Positions 18,145 to 28,805 of a stretch of 64,000 nucleotides of DNA are shown piece by piece. The notes below the pieces were generated by a model that ran no database searches, had not been told where the DNA came from, and was given only the letters and a program-made list of their open reading frames with translations. The stretch covers positions 32,001-96,000 of the IMG/VR virus record IMGVR_UViG_3300032893_000010. One strand, 5' to 3'. Made by a program: the position numbers and the translations under genes. Each line of letters begins with the position of its first letter. Positions within the stretch are counted from its first letter, which is position 1. This DNA comes from a virus.

Positions 18145-20050
18145 GAAAGTAGCTGACCATTTCCTGACCAGGCCAGAGTTCTACTTTGACATCGAGACTA
18201 CTACAGAGTACAGATTGCAGCCTCAGGTCGCTCCTGTGACATGGATTTCCATCGCTACTGAGGGTTGCGCTGTCTCTATCCCGATGGGACATGAGAGAGG
18301 GGAGTTCTCTCATGAAGAGAAAATTCTCGCACAGTATAAGACAGGTAAGAATGCAGGAAAAACATATAATAAGACCGTCAAGAGATATCTGGAAGCCCCG
18401 CCGCAATTGGATGCGGGAACTGTATTTCAGATCCTTAAGCCCCTGTTTGCATCAGAAACCATAAGAAAAGGCGCTCACGATGCAGTATTTGATATCGTGG
18501 GCGTTTCTAAGTTTCTGGGGTTTGTTCCTCCTCCTCCTTATGATGACTCTAAGATAGGCTACTGGCTGCTGGATGAGAATGACATATATGGTGCTCATCT
18601 TAAGCAGATGATTGAGAACCGTTACAGTTTTGTCTACGATACAGAGAATATAGGTAAATGCGTAGAGTCTCATCCATTCAGTCTCGTGGGATATTATTCC
18701 TACTGTGACTCCAAAATGGGCCGTCTTTGCCTTAAAGATATTGTCAGGAGAATAGATGAGCAGGGTTTGCGTCCTATCTATGATCTGGAGATGCAAGTTC
18801 TCAATGTAGTGATAGGCATGAGACTATCAGGAGTAAGGATAGATGAAGAAAGACTTCACGAGTTCAGGAAAGAGCTTATAAATGAACTGACTAAATCTGA
18901 AGCTGAAGTATATGTATCAGCGGGTCATAAATTCAACATAAATTCTAACAAGGACAAGCAGCAAGTTCTTTACGTAGAGCAGAAACTGAAGCCATGGAAA
19001 CTGACTAGAGGCGGGCTTGAGAAGGAAAGACAAGGCTTGCCTCTTGCTATTGCTGACTACTCAGTGGATGCTGACGTACTGGACTCTTATCCAGACAATC
19101 CAGTGGCAGTAGCACTCAAGGGTTACTCTAAGATAAGCAAGATCCTGTCAACGTACGTGGATGCCTGGATCGGTGATGATGAGAATCCTTCTCTTATTAT
19201 CGACGGGCATATCCATGCTGGTTTCCAGCAGTACGGAACAGTAACGGGAAGGTTCTCGTGTCGTGCTCCTAATCTCCAGAATCCTCCTAGACCGCATACC
19301 TGGCTGGGCAAGGGCATAAGATCCTGTATCGTGCCAGAACCAGGAGGGAAGCAAGTAGTAGCTGACTATTCTCAGATTGAGCTTGTGATACTTGCTCACT
19401 ATATCGGTGAGGGAGCACTGTACGAGGGATTTCTTGAGGGAATTGACCCGCATACCTTGACAGCAGCTATGGTGCTTGATAAACTTGTAGAAGAAGTTAC
19501 AAAGGTGGAGCGTCAGGATCTAGGCAAGACTCTTGGATTCGCTGTAGTTTACGGTGCTGGCCTTAAGAAGGTCGGCGCGATGAGCAAGCTGGGATATGAC
19601 GGAGCTAAGAGAATCCTGCGTAAGCATGAGAGAATGTTCCCTGAGATCCATTCTTTCAAGCAGTATGTCATAGACCTGGCGAGGTCACGCAAACCCGTTC
19701 CTTACATTACTACCTTGCTAGGGAGGAAGAGGAGAATTCCTGAGCTGAATTCTCGTAATGAGAAAATCAGGATGGGAGCAGAGAGACAGTGTTTTAATTC
19801 CCTTATCCAGGGCGGTGCAGGAGATCTCCTTAAGCTGGCGATGGTAAGACTTGACGGACTACTGCCGTCTGGGGCTTCCATCGTAATGACAGTACACGAT
19901 GAGCTTGTGGTTTCATGCTCAGAAGATCTTGCCGAGGAGGTTGCAGCTTGCATGATAGAGGCGATGACAGGACCAGATATACAGAGGCTGGTGAAAGTCC
20001 CGTTGAAGGTTGACCTTCATATAGTAGACAGATGGGATGAGGCAAAATGA
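18104..20050 (+). CDS. polA: Family A DNA polymerase with 3'-5' exonuclease
   Basis: FDIET (ExoI), TVTGRFS..PNLQN, ADYSQIE (A), KTLGFAVVYG (B), IQGGAGD, VHDE (C). Confidence 0.97.
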   Translation: MLPQGIVTSESQLRKVADHFLTRPEFYFDIETTTEYRLQPQVAPVTWISIATEGCAVSIPMGHERGEFSHEEKILAQYKTGKNAGKTYNKTVKRYLEAPPQLDAGTVFQILKPLFASETIRKGAHDAVFDIVGVSKFLGFVPPPPYDDSKIGYWLLDENDIYGAHLKQMIENRYSFVYDTENIGKCVESHPFSLVGYYSYCDSKMGRLCLKDIVRRIDEQGLRPIYDLEMQVLNVVIGMRLSGVRIDEERLHEFRKELINELTKSEAEVYVSAGHKFNINSNKDKQQVLYVEQKLKPWKLTRGGLEKERQGLPLAIADYSVDADVLDSYPDNPVAVALKGYSKISKILSTYVDAWIGDDENPSLIIDGHIHAGFQQYGTVTGRFSCRAPNLQNPPRPHTWLGKGIRSCIVPEPGGKQVVADYSQIELVILAHYIGEGALYEGFLEGIDPHTLTAAMVLDKLVEEVTKVERQDLGKTLGFAVVYGAGLKKVGAMSKLGYDGAKRILRKHERMFPEIHSFKQYVIDLARSRKPVPYITTLLGRKRRIPELNSRNEKIRMGAERQCFNSLIQGGAGDLLKLAMVRLDGLLPSGASIVMTVHDELVVSCSEDLAEEVAACMIEAMTGPDIQRLVKVPLKVDLHIVDRWDEAK

Positions 20051-20225
20051 GATCATGGAAAACAGAAGTGTGGATCAGTACTTAAGTGGGTAAAGAGGAT
20101 AATAAAGACAAAAAGGATCTATGCGAAGAGTGCGGTATTAACCCTGTAGAAGAAGAATCTAACTTCTGTACAGCGTGTCTTGCTGCGAAGATAATAAATA
20201 AAAGAAGGAACGGGCACAAGAAGTA

Positions 20226-20357
20226 ATGAGCACGAATCCGTATGAGTGCCCAGAATGCGGTTCTAATGAAACGTATAAAAAAGAAAGAGATAAGCGTGTC
20301 TGTACTAAGTGCGGTACTGTGTTTACCTTCACAGGCAGCCCGGACAGGAATTACTGA
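20226..20357 (+). CDS. Zinc-ribbon microprotein (43 aa)
   Basis: TAATG and TGATG overlaps; CPECGS...VCTKCGTVF. Confidence 0.7.
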   Translation: MSTNPYECPECGSNETYKKERDKRVCTKCGTVFTFTGSPDRNY

Positions 20358-20686
20358 TGATCATGACAGATAAGATAAATGAGGTTTACTGGGAAAGAAA
20401 TCAGCTAGTAGCAGTATTGTCCAAATTATTTCCTTCTCATTTATCACGTCATCCTGACGACGACAAGGACTGGGAAGATGATTGGAGAACTATAGTATGT
20501 ATCCATACCCCAGTTGGCCAGGCTACGTGGCATGTTCACGATGATGAGAAGAATGATTTCTCTCATCTAGAGGAAAAATCAAACGACTGGGATGGTCATT
20601 CTACAGAGGAAAAATACAAGAGACTGAGTATGCTTCCTTATAATAGCGTCAGAAAGGGATTTCATGCCGGACTTCTGGGCACGTAA
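20357..20686 (+). CDS. WDGH-motif phage protein
   Basis: Y.ERNQLVA.L, PVGQATWH, WDGHSTEEKY.RL. Confidence 0.75.
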   Translation: MIMTDKINEVYWERNQLVAVLSKLFPSHLSRHPDDDKDWEDDWRTIVCIHTPVGQATWHVHDDEKNDFSHLEEKSNDWDGHSTEEKYKRLSMLPYNSVRKGFHAGLLGT

Positions 20687-21116
20687 GAAACAGGAGTTAC
20701 AAAAAGAGGGAAAACTTCCTGTCCCCAGGCCGTCTGTAATGGCTTCTGACGGTCCCTGGTGGCAAGACCCTAGGGAGACTACCAGACAGGCCCCGAAAGA
20801 GCCTCAGGGACCGTCTCAGGGCCGTGCGCAGGCACCTAGGCCGGGAGAGTACGGTCAGGTTTCATGTCCTCACTGCCGCTCTGGGAATTACAGTAAGCCT
20901 AGTCCGTCAACAGCATCTAGATGTTTTGAGTGCGGTTATGTTGACGGAAGGCAGCTTAATGAGCCTAATCTTCCTGGTATAGCTGTGACAGATGCTCCTT
21001 CGGTGAAGACAAGGCAGCTATCGTCACAAGGTCATTTCGGGAGATCAGCAGCGGAGATCGCAGAAAATAACGCTGTGCTGGAACAGTCAGCACAGGGAAG
21101 GGCTAAACTTGGCTAG
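20664..21116 (+). CDS. Hypothetical Zn-finger protein
   Basis: FWARK N-terminus, CPHCRSGNY...RCFECGY. Confidence 0.75.
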   Translation: MPDFWARKKQELQKEGKLPVPRPSVMASDGPWWQDPRETTRQAPKEPQGPSQGRAQAPRPGEYGQVSCPHCRSGNYSKPSPSTASRCFECGYVDGRQLNEPNLPGIAVTDAPSVKTRQLSSQGHFGRSAAEIAENNAVLEQSAQGRAKLG

Positions 21117-21181
21117 TAATCCTGCGGTATGGGCTATTGCAGAAGTATTAAAAGAAATAAGAGACGAACTAAAGAAGATCA

Positions 21182-22246
21182 ATGAATCAGTTCATAAACA
21201 AGACAAATAGGCAATTCGGCGTAGGGACTGCTATTAAAGCAGCGGAAATAAAACCGCCTCCTAGACTTACATCAGGATCGCTGTCTTTAGATGTCATCTT
21301 AGGAGGCGGCTGGCCAGCGAACGGGCAGTGGGTGGAAGTGAGAGGCAAGGAATCTGCCGGTAAGACTGCCATCGCATACAAGACTATAGCAGCGAACCAG
21401 AAAAATCCTGATTTCAATGCTTTGTGGATAGCGGCAGAGCCTTATGATGTGGACCAGGCACATGCTCTAGGTGTTGATAATTCAAGAGTGACGGTCATAG
21501 CGACTCAGAAGATGGAGTTCGCTTTCGAGATGGCCGTAGATGCTGCATCGTCTCAGGAGTTCGATGTGATAGTAATCGATTCTTATCCTGCTCTCGTACC
21601 AGATGAGGAAGCTGATAAGGCCATGGATGAGTTCACTACAGCTACTGGCGCTCGTAATTTCAATAAGTTCATACGTAAGGCTGGACTCGCGTCCAGGAGA
21701 GCTGCTGACGGAACTGACAGGCCATTGACAGGAATAATAATCAACCAGTACAGGGATAAGATAGGAGGATTCGCCAGGTATGGTGTTCCTCAGACTACTC
21801 CTGGAGGGCACGGCAAGGATTATTTCTACTATACGATTGTAAAGGTAGCAAGAGATGACTGGATCATGGAGAAAAGATCTGGTAATCCAGATCCCGTTGC
21901 CGTGGGCCAGACGATTAAGCTTACTACTGAGAAGAACAAGGCAAATGCGCCCAGGCAGACCATTTCTCTTGATTTCTATTTCAGGGAAGCACCTGTCCTC
22001 GGTTTTCACAGGGGAGATTATGACACAGCGAAAGACTTCTTCACTATGGGAGTTCTATTTGGTGTCATCAGGAAATCAGGAGTATGGTACTACTATCAGG
22101 AAGAGAAGTGGCAGGGCAAGGAAAAGGCCCTCGAAGCTTTAAGACAAGACAAGACATTACAAGAAGACATGGCGGCTGATGTTCTTAGCGCAGCCACCAG
22201 ACCAGAATTGGCTGATCAGCTAATAGTGACAACTGAAGAGGATTAA
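21182..22246 (+). CDS. recA: RecA-like recombinase
   Basis: SGSLSLDVILGGGWP, GKESAGKT, VIVIDS, IINQYRDKIG, TTPGG. Confidence 0.95.
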   Translation: MNQFINKTNRQFGVGTAIKAAEIKPPPRLTSGSLSLDVILGGGWPANGQWVEVRGKESAGKTAIAYKTIAANQKNPDFNALWIAAEPYDVDQAHALGVDNSRVTVIATQKMEFAFEMAVDAASSQEFDVIVIDSYPALVPDEEADKAMDEFTTATGARNFNKFIRKAGLASRRAADGTDRPLTGIIINQYRDKIGGFARYGVPQTTPGGHGKDYFYYTIVKVARDDWIMEKRSGNPDPVAVGQTIKLTTEKNKANAPRQTISLDFYFREAPVLGFHRGDYDTAKDFFTMGVLFGVIRKSGVWYYYQEEKWQGKEKALEALRQDKTLQEDMAADVLSAATRPELADQLIVTTEED

Positions 22247-22488
22247 TGGAATCAACAGCTTTAGGTCTGCCCTTATTGATAGATTCGGGTACGGGTACGG
22301 AATTTTCTCCCATATCTACCTTTGTAGTATCTAAGGGAATGGACACTGAGGGAAATATAGTTTACGCTTTGGCGTTTAGTGAGGGAATGGATATAATAGA
22401 TGCCCTGGCTCTGGTGCAGTATGCATTGCTCGATGTAAATGAGAGAGTGAAGAGACTTGTTACGTCAGGATCACAAGAGACGGAGTAA
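22246..22488 (+). CDS. Hypothetical protein
   Basis: TAATG coupling to recA. Confidence 0.65.
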   Translation: MESTALGLPLLIDSGTGTEFSPISTFVVSKGMDTEGNIVYALAFSEGMDIIDALALVQYALLDVNERVKRLVTSGSQETE

Positions 22489-22807
22489 ACTCCAGGAGGC
22501 AAGAACAGCAAAGGATTTCAGAGGCAGGGTAACTCCTGCCTCTGGCTCCCAGTGGCATAGCAAGGGTGACGTGAAAACAAAAAACTGGCTTATAGAATGC
22601 AAGACGACCACTAAGCAATCTTATTCATTGAAGGTCCAGACTTGGCATAAGATATGGAAAGAGGCAATGTCAGAGGGTAGAGATCCTCTTATGGTTATAG
22701 ACTTTGCTGAGGATGATACATCTTTAGTGGTAATCGATAAAGAAGATTTTCTTGCAATTCTCTCTCAGCCTATATACAGAGAGCTGAACAAGGAAATTGG
22801 TACTTAG
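22457..22807 (+). CDS. PD-(D/E)XK nuclease, Holliday junction resolvase-like
   Basis: QE.R.A, SGSQWHSKGDV, LIECKTT. Confidence 0.8.
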   Translation: MLRQDHKRRSKLQEARTAKDFRGRVTPASGSQWHSKGDVKTKNWLIECKTTTKQSYSLKVQTWHKIWKEAMSEGRDPLMVIDFAEDDTSLVVIDKEDFLAILSQPIYRELNKEIGT

Positions 22808-23180
22808 ACTGAGGAAAGCTGCCCCAGGCCAGTGGGATGATGCCAAGTGCAGGATCATAAGGGTAACTGAGGATTATGATCCTTTCTTCGAGGATGAGCA
22901 CATGGATGATGCCCTGGATTTCTGTAACGGCCTTCATGATGATACGGTATGCCCGATAAGGCACAAATGCCTTCTGTTCGCCCTCTCTAATAATGAGAAG
23001 TTCGGTGTGTGGGGAGGCATGAGTGAGCTTGGAAGGAAAGCTATCAGGAAGAAAATGCCTGCTAGGGGAGGAAAACCTAATTATGACTGGCAGTGGATGA
23101 ATGAGGAAACTGCGTTGTCAGGTCTTGATGCTGACAGATTGAGAAGAGAGCTAGATGAGGAAAAGAACTACCAAGACTGA
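22797..23180 (+). CDS. whiB: WhiB-family transcription factor
   Basis: W.DAKC, DPFF, C...CPIRHKCLLFAL..NE.FGVWGGMSE. Confidence 0.9.
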   Translation: MVLRLRKAAPGQWDDAKCRIIRVTEDYDPFFEDEHMDDALDFCNGLHDDTVCPIRHKCLLFALSNNEKFGVWGGMSELGRKAIRKKMPARGGKPNYDWQWMNEETALSGLDADRLRRELDEEKNYQD

Positions 23181-24168
23181 CGGTAGGAGAAGAGTTACAA
23201 AGACTGATGGCCGGTTAGCTGATTATTCGTCTCTGAGAACTGCTACGGGGATAGTAATCCCTGAAGTGCGGAGAGTACTACTGGACAGGGCAAGAAGAGA
23301 CGATGAGATAACCAGGCACAGGAACAACATCATATATCCTTCTGAGATGGCTAAGAATGACTGGTGCCCGAGAGCTACATATCACAGGATGACATCTGGT
23401 CACATGCCAGCTTCTAAATCATCGTTCACTTTAGAGAACGTGTTCAGTGAAGGTAACAGGATTCACGATAAATGGCAGTCGTGGATGGCTGAGACTGGAA
23501 AGCTCTGGGGCGACTGGAGATGCTCCAGATGCTCTGAGTATGTATCGAATAGCGTTAAGCCTGGATCGTACTTCTCTGGTTCCTGCGTAGGAACAGGATG
23601 GGTGAAACTAGAAACTATAGGTGGCACTTCATACGGGGTTTCTAAAGATCTGACTACTGATTTTTCTCATGACTGGAGATACAGGGAAGTTACGCTGAAG
23701 TCAGCATCTCTTCCGGTATCAGGCCACGCTGATGGTGCTCTCACGGAATATAATATTCTGGTTGAGCTTAAATCTCTCGGCGCTGGAGGTTTGAGGTTTG
23801 AAGCTCCTAATATGATAAAGCAGCACACCCATGAGTCAAAGACCACATCTAAAAGCATACTCGACATTGACGGGCTCTGGAAAGATTTCCATCGTCCGCT
23901 GTCCGGCCATATCCGCCAGGGAAATATTTACTTGTGGATGTGCCAGGAGAACAGACTGCCCTTTGACAGGATCTCATTCGTGTACGAATTCAAGGCTAAC
24001 CAGCAGGCGAAAGAGTTTGTGGTTCCGTACTCATATAGCATTGTCGAGCCTTTACTGGAAACTGCTGAGAATATCGTAGACTGCATAGCTAAGGGAACAC
24101 CGCCTGACTGCTATTCGGGTAAGGGTGGCTGCTCTCAGTGCAGAGCATTCGAGAAAAAGGAGGAATGA
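23155..24168 (+). CDS. Cas4-like PD-(D/E)XK exonuclease
   Basis: PSEM...CPR, G..IH, GHADG, VELKS, H.RQ..IY, C-terminal C..C..C. Confidence 0.8.
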   Translation: MRKRTTKTDGRRRVTKTDGRLADYSSLRTATGIVIPEVRRVLLDRARRDDEITRHRNNIIYPSEMAKNDWCPRATYHRMTSGHMPASKSSFTLENVFSEGNRIHDKWQSWMAETGKLWGDWRCSRCSEYVSNSVKPGSYFSGSCVGTGWVKLETIGGTSYGVSKDLTTDFSHDWRYREVTLKSASLPVSGHADGALTEYNILVELKSLGAGGLRFEAPNMIKQHTHESKTTSKSILDIDGLWKDFHRPLSGHIRQGNIYLWMCQENRLPFDRISFVYEFKANQQAKEFVVPYSYSIVEPLLETAENIVDCIAKGTPPDCYSGKGGCSQCRAFEKKEE

Positions 24169-24473
24169 TGCCTTGCATCAGATGCGACGGGCTTGAAAAA
24201 GAAGTAGAGACCGGGTTCTTTGATGAAGTTCTCTGTACTTTCTGTGGTCAGCATCATCTGAAGTCCACGAATCATTCTGGTCCTTGGAAAGTCTACGTTG
24301 TAACAGATTGTGATTGCAGGAATGCTCTTGCTGACGTAAAAACTGATAAATACAGAAGCAACATAGCAGGTATCACTCATGAATACAGATGCATGAAATG
24401 CATGACAAGATATGTATGGTCAGGTTTCACAGGCTGGGAACTTTCTCTTGAGCACATCATGGAAATGCTATGA
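24165..24473 (+). CDS. Hypothetical Cys-rich protein
   Basis: AGGAGG RBS; several CxxC pairs. Confidence 0.6.
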   Translation: MMPCIRCDGLEKEVETGFFDEVLCTFCGQHHLKSTNHSGPWKVYVVTDCDCRNALADVKTDKYRSNIAGITHEYRCMKCMTRYVWSGFTGWELSLEHIMEML

Positions 24474-24832
24474 GTAAATCAAAAGCTAAGGGAACTGCTG
24501 CTGAGACTGCTATTGTCAATTACCTGAACGAGAGAAAATGGGAAGTAAAACGCAGACCACCTCAGGGAGCTAATGATAAAGGTGACATAGACTGCGGAAA
24601 CTATCCTTTCATCTTGGAAGTCAAGAACTGCAAGCAGATGAAGCTGAGTGAATGGGTAGATGAAGCTGAGGTAGAAGCTGGCAGGGCAGCAGTTGACTAT
24701 CCATGGCTAGACAACCCTCCAGCGGGCATTGTAGTACATAAAAGAGTCAGGAGAGGCCAGCCTAAAGACTGGTATGTGACCATGAGCGTTGATTCTTTCG
24801 TAAGGCTTGTAGAGGCTTGCTGGAAAGAATAA
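24470..24832 (+). CDS. Holliday junction resolvase (Hjc-like)
   Basis: KAKGTAAE..IV.YL, DKGDI, ILEVKN. Confidence 0.85.
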   Translation: MSKSKAKGTAAETAIVNYLNERKWEVKRRPPQGANDKGDIDCGNYPFILEVKNCKQMKLSEWVDEAEVEAGRAAVDYPWLDNPPAGIVVHKRVRRGQPKDWYVTMSVDSFVRLVEACWKE

Positions 24833-24878
24833 TCCGGTATACTGATAAGGTAAATATATCAGTAAACAGGAGTATCAA

Positions 24879-25145
24879 ATGGAAGAAACGCTATTAAAGG
24901 TCAAGGGCTCAAGCTCAGCACCTTCTCTAGCCAGCGTAATAGCACACGGAGTATACGAGAACAAGAAGCTGTGTCTTCGTGCCATAGGAGCATCAGCAGT
25001 TAATCAGGCAATGAAAGCAGTTGCCATAGCTCAATCATATGTTGGAGCTAAGGGAATGAGATTGCTTGTCATACCTGGTTTCACTGATGTTGAAATGGAT
25101 GACGCTACTGTCACAGCTCTTGTATTCAGGATAAGAACGGAATAG
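24879..25145 (+). CDS. spoVS: SpoVS-family (Alba-fold) protein
   Basis: LKV..SS....LA..IA, RAIGASAVNQA.KAVAIA, IPGF.D. Confidence 0.9.
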   Translation: MEETLLKVKGSSSAPSLASVIAHGVYENKKLCLRAIGASAVNQAMKAVAIAQSYVGAKGMRLLVIPGFTDVEMDDATVTALVFRIRTE

Positions 25146-25146
25146 C

Positions 25147-25956
25147 ATGTCACGTTCAGGAGAATTTGCGGCAGGTGCTAACTCAGGGCCTACAGAGCCT
25201 GCATCGTTACAGCAACGGGCGGCAAGGTTCAACGAGCAGATACCTGGGAAGTTCAAGCCTAATGGCATCAATCAGCAGATAATGCCGTCAGCTGACGGCA
25301 TGTCATCTAAGGATGCGCAGAGACAGACTCCGAGTGGCATGCTTCCCGATTTCCTGAATGGTTCATCTCGGAGTACAGTTAATAAGCTTGTGCCTTCATA
25401 CGGCATGAACCTGGCAATATAGGAGTAAAAAATGAGTTCGGAATTCCCCGCAGTTGGTGATGCAGTCCTGAAGTATGTAGGCGGCGGCAGGACATCTAAG
25501 CCTAGAGGCAAGATGGCAGCTAAGAATACAATGGGCAGAGGATCTTCACCAACGGGAACAACAGGTAAGAGACCTGGATATAAGATTCAGGAAGCAAACG
25601 GTCCCAGATGCTATGTGTCGGCTACTCTTTATAGGCCGAATGCAGCAGAAGCATCAGCACAGCAGCGTAATGTGAGAATAGTTCCCTCTGCCACTGGTTA
25701 TGGTGATTTCTGGAAGAAGCGTCAGTTTGGATCAGTGTATTAAATGAAGCATCAGGAAGATCCAGATTACGATGTACAGTTAGGTCGTTCGGGATCATTT
25801 AAAATGTCCGCTGACGCATGGGGTCACTATAGCAGACTTCATTCTGCTATCCGCACTCCAGGTTCTAAGTCTCAAGCATCTAGAGCTATAGTTGGACAGG
25901 AAACATCAAGAGGCGGACTATCTATGAGAGGGCATAGTCGCAGAGGGTTAAATTAG
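25147..25956 (+). CDS. Three small basic hypothetical proteins (25147-25422, 25432-25743, 25744-25956)
   Basis: ORF track; tightly packed, G/S/R/K-rich. Confidence 0.65.
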
Positions 25957-26492
25957 TGTCTGCCTCAGTTTTAAGTTCACAGTTCACATCTAAAAAAGCT
26001 GTAGGAGCAAAGACTGCAAAAGTCTTCAAGAAGAATCCTCCTAAGACTATAGCTGATGCTGTTTATGACCAGTTGACTGAAGATTATCCTAAAGATGCGC
26101 TTAACTGGGTTCATGACATAAAATGGAAAGGCCCAATGGAGGTTCCCTCTACTAAGATTGACATGGCTGACAGGGATAGCTGGAAAGCATCTCATGAGCC
26201 AGAAGTAGTTGATCAATGGAAAAAGAGAATATCCTCTGCTGAGAAAAAAGGCGAACACGTAAAGCCAGTGGTTTTGATTCAGCGAAAAGGTAAGAAGATA
26301 TTTCCTACAGACGGACACCATAGAACTTTAGCCTACTATGAAGAGAACAAGCCAGTGTATGCATGGGTAGGTATGCCAACTAGGACTAAAGGGCCATGGC
26401 TGTCACTTCATGACAAGCAATTCAAGAAAGAATCAGGGCCGCGAAAAGGCGGAAATCCAGGACTTTATCATTACGGAAGAGAACCTAGATGA
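25956..26492 (+). CDS. ParB/sulfiredoxin-like domain protein
   Basis: KPVVLI...DGHHRTLAY. Confidence 0.75.
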   Translation: MSASVLSSQFTSKKAVGAKTAKVFKKNPPKTIADAVYDQLTEDYPKDALNWVHDIKWKGPMEVPSTKIDMADRDSWKASHEPEVVDQWKKRISSAEKKGEHVKPVVLIQRKGKKIFPTDGHHRTLAYYEENKPVYAWVGMPTRTKGPWLSLHDKQFKKESGPRKGGNPGLYHYGREPR

Positions 26493-26719
26493 ATTCACAA
26501 TTAGGAAGATTAAGTCATTTTCATGAGGCTGCCACAGCTCATATGTCTAAGCACAGGTCTCAGGGTCCTCCAGGATCTATGGTTTATAATCCTACAAAAC
26601 CTAAAACTGGTGCTCCTGGGAAGCATGCAAGAAACTATGGTGATGCTCAGGTAAGGACTTATGCTGGCCCTGGAAAGCATTCCGCTGGTTATACGGGTAA
26701 GAGAAGAAACCTGAGCTGA
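26489..26719 (+). CDS. Small basic protein with GKH motifs
   Basis: PGKHAR, PGKHSA, YTGKRR. Confidence 0.65.
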   Translation: MNSQLGRLSHFHEAATAHMSKHRSQGPPGSMVYNPTKPKTGAPGKHARNYGDAQVRTYAGPGKHSAGYTGKRRNLS

Positions 26720-26827
26720 TGTCTCTTTATGATGTGCTGGCCACTCTTATAATAACTGCGGGAGTGGTATTGTCCGTGGCTATCATAGTGTACGGCTGCG
26801 TTTACTACAACCTGAAAGCTAGGGGAA

Positions 26828-27400
26828 ATGGCTAATACTAGCAATTGGTGGGTTCCGTCTCAGCCTTATAATGGTTCTCCAGGCCAGGCTACATATGGTG
26901 GCGGTGGCTCATATAAGTCTGACGTAATACAGTACAGGTCTAATCTAGATGCTGCTAGAGCTGGTCACGGTCAGGTTCCTTTTGCTCAGTATCCTGATGG
27001 TTATCTCGGTTCGCTGTCTCAGGACAGGCGTCAGGATAAGCTCTTAGATGCTGTTCAGAAACAGCTTAACAAGAAGTCATATCAGCGCGGTGTTCATAAA
27101 GGCGAGAAGATTGACAGGTCAGACTATTTCTGGCCAGCAGATTTCAAACCTGACAGGGGGCTTGCCAGGGAAGCCAGGACAGCAGTATTCAACGGGAATA
27201 CCATATCAGTACAGAGGTTTACTCCAAGGGGAAATCCAGTCGAAAGACTGGCTCATCTAGGAAAAACAGCAGGATTGACGCCTCCAGAACAGGAAAACCT
27301 GTATAAGCAGTATGGTGTGAGCATTGCTAAGAATCCTGTGGTTATCTCTGATCCTGACGCTAAAGCCAGGATGCAGAAGATGAGACCGTCATGGGTTTGA
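26828..27400 (+). CDS. Hypothetical protein (possible virion protein)
   Basis: YPDGYLG, RRQDKLLD, YQRGVHKGEKID..Y.WP. Confidence 0.7.
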   Translation: MANTSNWWVPSQPYNGSPGQATYGGGGSYKSDVIQYRSNLDAARAGHGQVPFAQYPDGYLGSLSQDRRQDKLLDAVQKQLNKKSYQRGVHKGEKIDRSDYFWPADFKPDRGLAREARTAVFNGNTISVQRFTPRGNPVERLAHLGKTAGLTPPEQENLYKQYGVSIAKNPVVISDPDAKARMQKMRPSWV

Positions 27401-27444
27401 CGGTAGAATAGAAGAGTAAATATGCTATTCAGAGAGGTTTTAAC

Positions 27445-28805
27445 ATGTCAAGATCACAAGAGTTCAATCTTGGGACTTTCAATGCTGGTCATGCTATGCG
27501 TGATTATCACTATCAGGCCATGTCTGGAATACATGCTGACATCTCTCAAAGCCACAGAGACAGAGCGAGGCCATACAGATCAGGTAATCCCAAAGGAAAT
27601 GAACATCTAGCGAAAGCAAAGGCTAGTGAAAAGCAATCTCTAAAATCCGGCAGGAAAAGAGATAAGATAAATGCCAAGTCTCGTAAGATAAAGCCAGCAA
27701 TAATGGAATCACTTCCAAGACCAACTCATCGTAATCTTGCCAATGAAAGTTAAGGTAACACAATGTCAGCAGCACATAAAAGAGTAGCCAGGGCTCTTAA
27801 GAAGGGTGCGAATCCTATTGCAGGTTTCGGCGCCGTTTCCAGGAGAGCATTAGCTACAAGAAACGGTCCTAAGGCATCTGAGAAGGATCATCTGAGTCCA
27901 GATCTTTTCGGAAAGCACCATGCCTCATCGTACCAGAGTGCACGTAAGAACAATTACGGGTCTATGAGCGATCCATCTACTGGCCGTCATTCGCTGAATA
28001 ACGGACAGGTAGGGAGAAGAGGATCATATTCCAGGGAAAAAGATGTGGCAGGCGCTTACAAGGATATGGTGGGCAGCGGATACACAGGAAAACACCGTAA
28101 GCCAGGTGCGTAATGACTGTTCCCGATTTCAAGGTTGAAACCAGCCAGGTTATCAAGAAGTCACGTAAGCCAGGTGCCAGGTTCAACGTTTCTGGTAAAG
28201 GCCCGCTGCTTGTTGATTCTTTTTCTGATAAGTCTTCCGGGAAACCTAGATATAGTGTAAGCAGGCACGGAGATACTTTAGGGACTTCTGGGGCGGCATA
28301 CACACCTGAGCATCGTGGCACGCCTCAGACGAGATCAGCAAATGAAAGCACCCAGCCTAAGCAATTCGGAAAGCACAGAGCTTCTGCCGCCGCGAAACCA
28401 TCATATGATTCTTCCAGGGCTAGAGGTCGTCACGCTAAAGGGGCTCACGCTAAGGATTACAACTTTGATGAGGATATGAGTAAGTCCAGAGCGAATACTG
28501 AGTATTCGGGAGCCCACGCTGAGAGAACGCCGAAACCTGAGGGTAAGCACGGGAGGGCGTATAATGCCAGTGCTGAGATATCAAGACATCAGGCAGAGAA
28601 GAGATCTGGTAAGACTTATATCCCCAAGCATACAGCCGAAGGGCAGGCCCAGAGAGCTGAGATAGCAAAGCAGGCAGCAAGACAGGCTTCTATGGGCAAG
28701 CTTCATAAAGGTGTCCACTCATCAGTTCACAAATTTACTCACGTTATCCATGCAGTTCACGGAAAGCACTGGTCTGAGCACATGAGATTGCAGGAGCAGA
28801 AATGA
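27445..28805 (+). CDS. Three highly basic low-complexity proteins (27445-27753, 27763-28113, 28113-28805)
   Basis: K/R/H/S/G-rich; repeated G(K/R/A)H motifs. Confidence 0.7.
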
